The position numbers were made by a program, and so were the translations under genes. Below are positions 53,983-64,000 of a stretch of DNA of 64,000 nt, piece after piece. This DNA is from Octopus vulgaris. Its lineage: Eukaryota. Each line of letters begins with the position of its first letter. Positions within the stretch are counted from its first letter, which is position 1. Below the pieces are notes generated by a model. That model was not told the origin of the DNA, did not search any database, and saw only the letters and a list, made by a program, of their open reading frames with translations. The DNA is taken from NCBI GenBank assembly GCA_951406725.2, contig OX597823.1:91946001-92010000 (forward strand), given 5' to 3'.

Positions 53983-54920
53983 CTGAGTAGGGTGGTCACT
54001 CTCGCCCGGCAATGGGCCGAGAGGAAACTGTCCCTAAAAGGTCGGGCGGAGGTGGCGAACTCGTACATCGCGTCCGTCATCTACTATCGCCTGACCGTCG
54101 TGCCTTGTCCCGACCATACCATCACCAAACTAGAACGCATTCTCCTTCGCTACTTGTGGAAAGGATGCATCCCGATGGTCAGGCGATCCATTTGCTGTCA
54201 ACACCCGTTAAAAGGAGGACTGGGCATGCCGTGGTCGATGATGCGCAGAAACGCGCTGAGACTGCGACATCTCAGGCTCTACGTAGACGAGGGTGAACAG
54301 GTGTGGTCGCCGTTTGTGAGGCACGCTTTCCCGCAGCTCGTCTCCATGACCGAACTGCAATCGTGGATCAAAAAGAGGCCGAGGAAGAGCGAATGGCACC
54401 GCGAGTGTCGCGTTGCTCTCAAGCAACTCTGCCGTCCCGGGTCAACCTTGAGTGACTCCAACGCAACCCAAGAATTCTATAGGGGCTTAGTGGAGGGGAC
54501 GTATGACGACGAGCTCGGGGCGAACCTAGACGTGGACGAGGAATAGCTGACCCGCCTGTTCGGGACGACTTTCGGGCCAGGGCCCATAAACAACTTCCGG
54601 CAATCCTTGGCCTGGCAGTGATACCAAGAAGCGCTACCCCCTTTACACCGTACATCATGACACTGTGATACACGATCCCTATTGATTGTTTTTTTTCTTT
54701 TTCCCTTTTTCCTTTCTTTTTTATTCTTTTTTTTTCCTTTTTTCTTTTCTTTTGTTTCTTTTCCTTTTTTTCCTTTTGTTTCTGCTTTCCCTTTTACGAT
54801 CCCTCTTGATCGAAAACCTACCCACTTTTTTTTTCTTTCCTTTTTTTTTCTCCCAAAAAAGAAAAGCTCTACTTTGTAATCTGTCCCGTCTGTGTGCAGC
54901 CCTGTGTGGCTAATAAAGAA
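53983..54920 (+). mobile_element. 5'-truncated L1/Tx1-clade LINE
   Basis: WAERKLSLKGRAEVANSYIASVIYY...LRYLWKG...PLKGGLGMP; GC-rich; T-rich 3' UTR and AATAAA at 54912; flanked by (CTAC/CTAT)n. Confidence 0.88.
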
Positions 54921-54925
54921 ACATA

Positions 54926-55328
<403 letters not shown>

Positions 55329-55470
55329 AAGAAAACCAGCGAAACCAGCAAAAATGTAGACAAAAAAGAATTAATTGTGTCCTGGTATTTTTTTATGTTT
55401 GAGAGATAACAGTTGCGGCTGCGCTATATTTATCCGTCCTAGTATGAAGAGATGACTTCCTCTTTCAGAG

Positions 55471-55511
<41 letters not shown>

Positions 55512-56549
55512 GCTCACAACACACCAGGGCGATTGTTCAAAGTCATTTTGTCAGCTAAGGCACTGTCGGATGAGCTACAAAGCTTGTGATATTGGTTTAA
55601 ATGTTTATCTGTCGCAAATCATTTCGGACCTGACCTGAGTAATACCAGAACGGCTGTAAAATTTAATCCACGTCTTTAGGCTGTTTAACAATATTGGCCT
55701 CGTAGTTAAAGTAGAGGGATTGACATCATGAAATTAGGCTGGGATCATTGGCAGAAACGTGTATGATAGAGATAATGCATAGAAGATGTGTCGTTAAATG
55801 CAGACGAAAATATAAGCAGCAGTATGGTGATCTCATAAGCTACAAGAGAGCGCTAAGAAATGCCATAAGTAAGGTAATTATTTAAAAATACTAACAGAAA
55901 ATGGGGAGCAAGCCACCACTGTATGTTACAGACACACACACATACATACGTACACACACATGCATACACACACACATACGCATAAATTGTCGGCGCAATC
56001 AAGGATTGGAAGTGAACTTTCCTTGTCGAATTCAAGTTCAATATACTTTAAATCATACATACATGCCTACTTATACACCCATATAAGGCATTGAGCCACA
56101 TATGTCGAGATACACACATAAAGAACACACACATATGTGCATATATACATAACACACACAAACACACATACATATATCTACGCATTTGAGCATGGCTGTC
56201 GAGTGTGTGTCTGTATGTGTATGTGGTATATACGCATACACACACAAGGCGATTGTATATCCATGTATGAATGGATGCGTCTCTCTTTCTACGTCTATCT
56301 ATCTATCTATCTATCTGTCTATCTCTCGTTCTATCTATCCATATTTGCGAGTATGTATGTGTATGTCTGTCTATGTATATATATATATGTAAAGAAATAT
56401 ATGTATATATATATATATACATGTGTATATATAAATGTATGTATGTAAATGTGTATATATATGTATGCATACGTACATACTTACACGTGTAAATACGTAT
56501 ACATGTATGAAGGTATACGTGTGTATATATGCATGTATATATTATATAA

Positions 56550-56589
<40 letters not shown>

Positions 56590-56594
56590 TTATG

Positions 56595-56632
<38 letters not shown>

Positions 56633-57601
56633 TATATATATATGCATGTTGCCTGTCAATAAACCGATAACCTGAAAGCAGTAGGTATATTTTTAGAAAT
56701 TGATATCGAACAAAGAATGCAGAAGAAATAAAGCAGGAAGGAGCAAAAGATAAATAATAAATAAATAAATAAATAAATAAATAAAAGTAGGTTGGGGAAG
56801 GTGAAGGAATAAGAGTAAAAGAAATGGTATATAATTGAAAGTCATCAAGGCATCTAAACGAAAATGGTAAACGAGGGGACTGGTAGTGTGTTGGCGGCGG
56901 AGGGAGGAGCGGAAGCTTGTTCCTGTTTTGGCACAGATCTATATCACCATAGCAATTGTCCTGTCTTTTGTGAATGGATCAATGCCATAGATATTGGCAA
57001 TGCCAATGTAGGCAGCGAATGAAACAAATCTATAGGATTTTTGCATGACGCTTTGAGACAATGTTCTTTTGAGGTTGACAACGAGTGATGAGGAATTTGA
57101 AGTATATGTATTGACAACAACAACAGCAGCAGAGACGCCAGTGGCAGTGCCATTATTAATAGTAGTTGTAGTGGTAGTAGTAATGGTAGAGGCTGTAGAA
57201 GCAGCCGCAGTACTGTTAGTCCTAATATTTCTTGTTGCTGTTTTTTTTTCTTGTTGATGTTTTTCTGCGTCGTTGTTATTCTTGTTTCGCCCCCGAGTCA
57301 GTCCTAATCCGTCAATTCTCCAAATTAAAGACGGCCAACCATGACAAGACCATTATTTTTATTTTTTACCTATATCCTAAATGAAGAATCACACCATCCA
57401 AAGAAACTTTTACCAGTCTTTTTCCCTATTTAGAGAAGTGTGACCACAAATTTTACCAAATCGATACAGCACGTATAATTTCTCTGGTTGCTGCAACAAA
57501 ACACATTATCATTACTGTTGTTGTTGTTGTTGTTATTATTATCATTATTATTATTATTATCATCATTATTATTATTATTATCATCAGTATTATTATTATT
57601 A

Positions 57602-57644
<43 letters not shown>

Positions 57645-57660
57645 CATTATTATTATTATT

Positions 57661-57790
57661 CTATGTTTGACTTTTGCTTTATGTTTGTACAAGTTGGCTC
57701 CAAGTCTCACCCAGAGACCTCAAGAGACAACAGGTTGGAAGTTCACGTTGTTGTTATGCCTAGTGTGCCATATATTTGTTTTTTTTTTGT
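57661..57790 (-). mobile_element. Probable 3' UTR of an RLE-type LINE with (TAA)n tail
   Basis: Short unique block reading into (AAT)n on the minus strand; no coding part present. Confidence 0.45.
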
Positions 57791-57829
57791 GTTGTACTAG
57801 TGAAAGTCAAATAAATTTTTTTAAAAATT

Positions 57830-58772
57830 ATTGTTATTATTATTTTTTTTTTTTCTTCTTTCAAATTTGCTTCCATTTCTTGCCGAGTGTCTTCCCGACT
57901 CCTAGGGCAAAGAAACTCATAGTATACATTGGTAGGCCATTAAACTAAACTCAATAGTTCGTTCATTTTTTTTTCAAGTTAAATTAAAATACATGGTTAG
58001 TAATAGTTCTCACAACGACAAAGATCTTCTCAATACGTGTGATGTACCAGTTAAGACAATCTTTTGCACTTCTTGCAGGGATGGTAAGCCAGGGATCATT
58101 CTCATATAATTTTCGGTTCCCTTCTTGATCATTCCTAGTGCTCCTACGATCACTGGTATTGTAACCGCCTTGAGATGCCACATTTTCTCAATTTCAATGA
58201 GCAGGTCTTTATATTTTCTGAGCTTGTCAAACTCTTTCGCCGAGATATTATGAGCACAGGGGATACTCAGGTCGATCAATAAGCAAACTTTATTGTTTTG
58301 GTCTTTCACAACAATATCTGCTTTATTGGCTTTGATGGTTTGGTATGTATGTACTGGAAAGTCCCACAGAATCGTTACATTTTCTCCTTCAGTAACAGCT
58401 TCAGGGTGGTGATTATACCACTTGTCGGCAGTTTTGATATTGTAATGCCGACTTATTAGCCAGTGTAGATATTGGCCAACTCTGTCATGTCTTAATTTAT
58501 ACTCCACTGGTGCTAAGACTTTACATCCAGAGATTAGGTGGTCCACTGTTTCAATCATGTCGTTGCAGAATCGGCATTTTGGGTCTGCTCCATTTTTCAT
58601 CACATTGGCCTGGTAGTTCCGGGTTAATAGGCTTTGATCTTGAGCAGCCAGGATGAAACCTTCGCTCTCTGCTTTTAGCCCTGAGCTCCGTAGCCACTGA
58701 TGGGTTTGCTTCTGGTCAACATCAGCTTGTTTGCTGTGGGCCACATATTTGCCGTGCAGAGGTTTCTCATCC
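57830..58772 (-). mobile_element. R4/Dong-like retrotransposon 3' part (CCHC finger plus RLE), open frame
   Basis: ESEGFILAAQDQSL..R, CRFC..ETVDHLISGC, RHDRVG, ILWDF, NKADIVV, IDLSIP, KLRKYKDL, PVIVGALG. Abuts (TAA)n. Confidence 0.93.
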
Positions 58773-58829
<57 letters not shown>

Positions 58830-58877
58830 GATTATCATTATTATCATTATTATCATTATTATCATCATTATTATTTT

Positions 58878-60190
58878 TTCTCGTGGGGTTTGCTATAACT
58901 CCAGAAGTCTTGCATGTGTATTGGGCTTGCTGAAATGCTGCCTACGGAACCATGCCATCCGTTCTTTTCAGTTATCTACTACTTTCCTGCTTATTCTGGC
59001 CACGCCAAGGAGGCAAACCTTTTGTAACAGTTCTACTGGACACTCTATTCCGATTTCCTTTAGATTCTTCTTGATGCCTTCTGATTCTCTCCCCAACGAT
59101 TCAACAATAATTGCCACTATCTTCACTGTCTTCATTTTCCATGGTCAGGCTATTTCGTATTTAGGAGAATTGTATATATCTATGTTTTCACTTTCGTTCT
59201 TGACTATACGTGGGCCAAAGGGGTATGCAACGTGGTGCATCTTGTCGACTACCACTAAGTCCGGTCTGTTATGCTCCGGCACATGATCTATTTGGAGTAG
59301 AAAATCCCAGAGGATTTTGGAAGTCTACGACTCCACCATTCTTTGCGGTTTGTGTTCATACAACGTCTTGCCACACTCTAACCCCCAACCCTTTTCGCAC
59401 AGTTTCCAGTGTAGCACTTTCGCTTCCTCATCGTGTCGCCACAGCGTGAAGTGGTTTTGGGCAAGCCTAGACCATTCGTTCGCGATATGAGCAGTAGTTT
59501 TGTCCACTCTGTTATGCTGCATAGCGGAGATACTTGCTCACTCCTAAGGTTGACCCTTCAATTCGTGGCCAAACTTAGTCTTGCGCTGCCAGTATAAAGC
59601 TCTCAGTCTATTTTTTCAGTGTTTCGTTCTTCAACCAATGCTATATATTTCTTTGCTGCAACTCCTGCTGTAGCTACATGGAATTGGTTGTGTAGTCCCT
59701 CGTTGCGTAATTCTTCTTCATGTCCTTTTTGTACATCTTTCGTTTTTTCTTTTAACAGACATTAGCAAGGTTTCCTTACGTTCTGAGTTCAAATTCCACC
59801 GAGGTCGACTTTGCCTTTCACCATTTCGGGGTCGATTAAATAAGTACCAGTTACGCACTAGGGTCGATATAATCGACTCAATCCGTTTGTCTGTCCTTGT
59901 ATGTCCTCTCTGTGTTTAGCCCCTTGTGGGTAGTAAAGAAATAGGTTAGGTATCTCATTAAGCGAGCGAGTTCGATACGTACGCACGCTTCCTCAACTAG
60001 CAGTCTCCTTCCTCCATTTGCTCTCTTCATATATCGGCGAATAGTGTCTGCACGTGGATGATGGGTTCTATGCATCGTTAGAAGAGGTTTTCTTGTCTTC
60101 CTGTCCAGCTCCTTTAGCTCTTTCTTTGTCCAATTCATGATCCCAGCGTCATACCGAACTACAGCAAATGTGCGAGTTTATCGAGCTGGT
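58878..60190 (-). mobile_element. Second, older R4/Dong-like element interrupted by a SINE
   Basis: NWTKKELKELDRKTRK...HHPRAD...GGRRL; ESFILAAQD; RHDEEAKVLHWKLC; KILWDF...HNRPDLVVVDK; LQKVCLLGVARI. Confidence 0.85.
59775..59945 (+). mobile_element. 5'-truncated SINE family A inside the LINE
   Basis: GTTCTGAGTTCAAATTCCACCGAGGTCGACTTTGCC...CCCTTGTGGGTAGTAAAGAAATA. Confidence 0.88.
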
Positions 60191-60595
60191 ACAATCGTTT
60201 GCGCCTCGAGCAAAATGCTTAGTCAAATTGTGTTCGAGTTTAAATTACATCAAGGCCCCTTTTGCATTTTATCTTTGCAGGGTCGATAAAATAAATACCA
60301 GCCGATCATTGGGATCGATGTAATTGATTTACCTTCTCCGCCAAACTTGCTGTCATTCTACCAAAATTTGAAGTTATTATTAAGATGTCAAACTGGCAGA
60401 AACGTTAACACGCCGGACAAAACGCTTAGCAGCTTATCCTCAATCTATATATTCTGCGACGAAATGTTGCCGGGGTTGAATTTTCCTTTCATCGTTTCAG
60501 GGTCGATAAAATAAGTACCAGTCAAACGCTGGGGGTCGATGATATCGACTTACCCCTTGCCCCAAAACAGCTGGCTTCGTACCAAAATTCGAGAC

Positions 60596-60655
<60 letters not shown>

Positions 60656-60765
60656 TTAAGGCGGTGATCTGGCAGAATCGTTAATACGCAGGACAGAACG
60701 CTTAACACCATTTCTCCCGTCTTTAGGTTCTAAGTCAAATTCCACCGATCTCAACTTTGTCTTTT
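60190..60765 (+). mobile_element. Three degenerate SINE family A copies
   Basis: Heads near 60183, 60385 and 60660; GGGTCGATAAAATAA cores. Confidence 0.75.
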
Positions 60766-60807
60766 GTTTCAATTTACTTGTGGCACATTACTAGGAATAA
60801 GCCTTAT

Positions 60808-61341
60808 TTCCAGGTCTTATTCTAATTTTTTATACCGCCATAAATACTTGTATTCCTTCTGAGCAAAGACTAAGTTAGGTATGAGAGCTACGATCTCATC
60901 TAAATCGTCGCACATTTAACATCTAAGTAATTGTGGTAGCATATTGGCGTAAATACAGGCAAATTCGTGTATATTAAATACGATACAAAAATTATATCCG
61001 CTTCTAGAATAAAAATGTCGACCGACGAAATCTGTCCAGGTTTTATTCTAATCTTTTATACCGCCATACTTATTTGTATTCCTTCTGAGCAAAGACTATG
61101 CCTTCCTGTACAATACGAGCAATGATCTCATCTGAATCGCCATACATTTAACATCCAACTAAGTAATCTTGATGATATATTTGCGTAAATTAAACACAGA
61201 TGAGGTAAAGAAAATAACTCAGACACCAGTGTAGGAAAAATACAGACAAATTTGAGTATATTAAATACGCTACTAAATTTATCTCCGCTTCTAGAATAAA
61301 AATATCAACCGACGAAATTTTTCCAGGAATTCTTCTAACTT
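60808..61341. repeat. Diverged tandem repeat, ~226-bp unit (2 copies plus the start of a third)
   Basis: TCCAGG..TTATTCTAAT.TTTTATACCGCCATA, TTGTATTCCTTCTGAGCAAAGACTA and CCGCTTCTAGAATAAAAAT recur; units start at 60808, 61034 and 61321. Confidence 0.88.
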
Positions 61342-62139
61342 TAGTGACACAGTGTAAGGCAATAATTCGAAAATATTAGAATTCGTTATGATCTAATCAA
61401 CAACAGAAAATTTAATATTGATAAATGATTGTTAAATTCTTGTTATACAACTCTTGGTTTATTATTAACTAGCTGTAAGATGATATCGCTAAATGTTGAA
61501 ATATCAAGGACGAACTTAATCACATTTACACGGGTATTAATACACAAAACATGACGTTAGTCAGCTCTGTCAGACTATATTAATGTTCTAGTAGTGTTTC
61601 CAATAAGTTCTCTGTTTATGACTCTTAACTTATTAGCTTTGAAACGTTTACTACTAACCATCCAAAATATCACAGGAATTGCTTAACGTATGAAATATTA
61701 GTAAACCCATACCTTAATTTTAGATAAGATGTGTTGTTATGCGTTTGAAATTGTATGCGTCTTGATCTCCCGTTTTATAGTGTTGTGTGATTAGAACTCT
61801 TATAGCAAAGCTGATGTCACGTTTCTATGTAATTTCTAGTACCGTAACGAACGTGCGATCAATCTATGGATTCGACACTTTGTCCAGACCAACTGGCTGT
61901 AAATAGGTGGCTCTCATAGGGTTATTGCAAAAAAATATATAACAAGCGGTAGCAACAGCGACTGCATGATTATATTAGAAATGCTTTGTGAAATTTCCAG
62001 CATATATCTGTGTGTGTGGGGGGCGGGGCGCAAATGAGAGTTGGATATCTGACTGTGTTAAAAGCAAAGAGCATTGTAGAGTGAATCCAGACGATTGGTC
62101 TTCGTATATTAAACGGAGCCAGTTCACCGATGTAGAACA

Positions 62140-62148
62140 TACTACTAT

Positions 62149-62189
<41 letters not shown>

Positions 62190-62269
62190 ATAATAATAAT
62201 AATAATAATAATAATGATAATAATAATAATAATAATGATGATGATGATGATGATGATGATGAAGATAAT

Positions 62270-62337
<68 letters not shown>

Positions 62338-62410
62338 TAATAATAATAATAACAATAATAATAACAACAATAATAATAATAGTAATAGTTATAATAATAA
62401 TAATGATAAT
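62140..62410. repeat. (CTA)/(TAA)/(TGA)n compound microsatellite
   Basis: Seen directly. Confidence 0.95.
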
Positions 62411-62689
62411 ATTTTAAGATTAAAGTTACTCTTCATGAAAAGTAAAGAAACAGAAAGAAGACGGCAACTGTTATTGGTAATAAATAGAGATTGACTCTGT
62501 TTATTAAAATGAAAATGAAACGAATAAACAATATTTCGACATTCCGTGTGGCTTTTACAAGTTCAAAATATAAAATGAAATTAAATTCAAAAATAGGAAA
62601 CGGTGAAACATTCAAAATTAAACCGGAATAACAGCGTTTCTTTGCAAGAAAAACGACGTCATCATTCTTTGGTCTATCACAAAAGGTAG

Positions 62690-63150
62690 CAGATCGACAT
62701 GAGCATACCCTGTGATCATAATATCTCGGCGAAAGAGTTTAACAAGCTCAGAAAATATAAAGACCTGCTCATTGAAATTGAGAAAATGTGGCATCTCAAG
62801 GCGGTTACAATACCAGTGATCGTAGGAGCACAAGTAATGATCAGGAAGGGAATCGAAAATTATATGAGAATGATCCCTGGCTTACCATCCCTGCAAGAAG
62901 TGCAAAAGATTGTCTTAACTGGTACATCACACGCATTGAGAAGAGCTTTGTCGATGTGAGAACTATTACTACCCATGTATTTTAATTTAACTTTTAAAAA
63001 AAGAACGAACTAGTGAGTTTTGTTTAATGGCCTACCAATGTATACTATGAGTTTCTTTGCCCTAGGAGTCGGGAAGACACTCGGCAAGAAATGGAAGCAA
63101 ATTTGAAAGAAGAAGAAAAAAAGATAACAATAATAATAATAAAAATAATA
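62690..63150 (+). mobile_element. 5'-truncated copy of the R4/Dong family at 57830-58772
   Basis: SIPCDHNISAKEFNKLRKYKDLLIEIEKMWHLKAVTIPVIVGA...; 3' UTR nearly identical; (TAA)n tail. Confidence 0.93.
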
Positions 63151-63367
63151 ATGCTTTCAAATTTTTACACAAAGGCAGCCATTTTGGGAGAGGGGTTGTG
63201 TCGTTTACTTCGACTCCAGTGTTTCCCTGGTACTTAATTTGTCAACTCCTAAAGAATAAATGGCAAAGTCGACCTCTGTGGAATTTGAACTCACAAAGTA
63301 GAGCCGGGCGAAATACCGCTAAGCATTCCGGTAGGCCTGCTAATGAGTCTGCCAGCTCACTGCCTTA
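63150..63367 (-). mobile_element. SINE family A
   Basis: GGCAAAGTCGACCTCTGTGGAATTTGAACTC...GCCAGCTCACTGCCTT. Confidence 0.82.
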
Positions 63368-64000
63368 ATATTAATAGTGATGATAATAATAATAATAACA
63401 ACAACATTTGATCATCATAATCTTTGGAGAATTCTAGATTCTTGAAATTATTTTTCAAGAACCTATTTTTCAAGAACCTAGAAGTGAATCTTGTCTTAAT
63501 TGCTGTTTGATAATGAAGATACATCCTCTAAAACGAAGCTAAATTTAGTAAATCACGAATAAATTATATTGTATGATATTTGATATACCTGTATTTGCCT
63601 GCGTTTTTTCTATACATGACACTGGTCAGTCTAAGTTATTTCCCTCAGTTCACTTGTGCTTGATTTACAGCAATATTTCAACAAGACTGCTTAGATGTTA
63701 AATGTGCAATGATTTAGATGAGCTCGTAGCCCACAGAATAAGTATGGATGTATAAAAACTTTTGGAATTTGATTTGCTATAGCATGTGTGACTATCTTAC
63801 AGTTATTGGAAATCATCACCTTCATATCAGCTTCAAGTTATCCGTATTGATCATTGCATCGACCACCAGGCAATGAATGATTTTTTTCTAGTGAAGAATA
63901 GTTTACATCCGGCCTTCTCAAACTCTCTGTCTCCCCTTTTACAGTTTTCTACGGTCCTTACTACGTTTCACCGAAATTCAATACACATCAAAAACTATTG

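Overview
AT-rich eukaryotic DNA saturated with microsatellites and transposon debris. The SINE families and the (TA)n/(CA)n/(TAA)n load look like an octopus (coleoid cephalopod) genome, which is inferred from recall and not from a search. No host protein-coding exon could be supported. Most ORF-track entries are translations of simple repeats or SINEs. Recognisable content: four SINE families in about 35 copies, and LINE fragments of the RTE, RTE-X, CR1, Tx1/L1 and R4/Dong (RLE) clades. Also present are a non-autonomous Helitron, a hAT-type MITE with an 8-bp TSD, and other DNA-transposon remnants. The most interesting signal is three sequence-unrelated fold-back elements (about 9.4-10.2 kb, 23.6-23.85 kb and 34.5-34.85 kb). 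Each carries a type I hammerhead ribozyme fold in both arms, always divergently oriented, as expected for inverted pseudo-LTRs of Penelope-like elements or retrozymes. One has an unusual ~68-nt stem II. All alignments and folds were done by eye and element ends are approximate unless a TSD or terminus is quoted.
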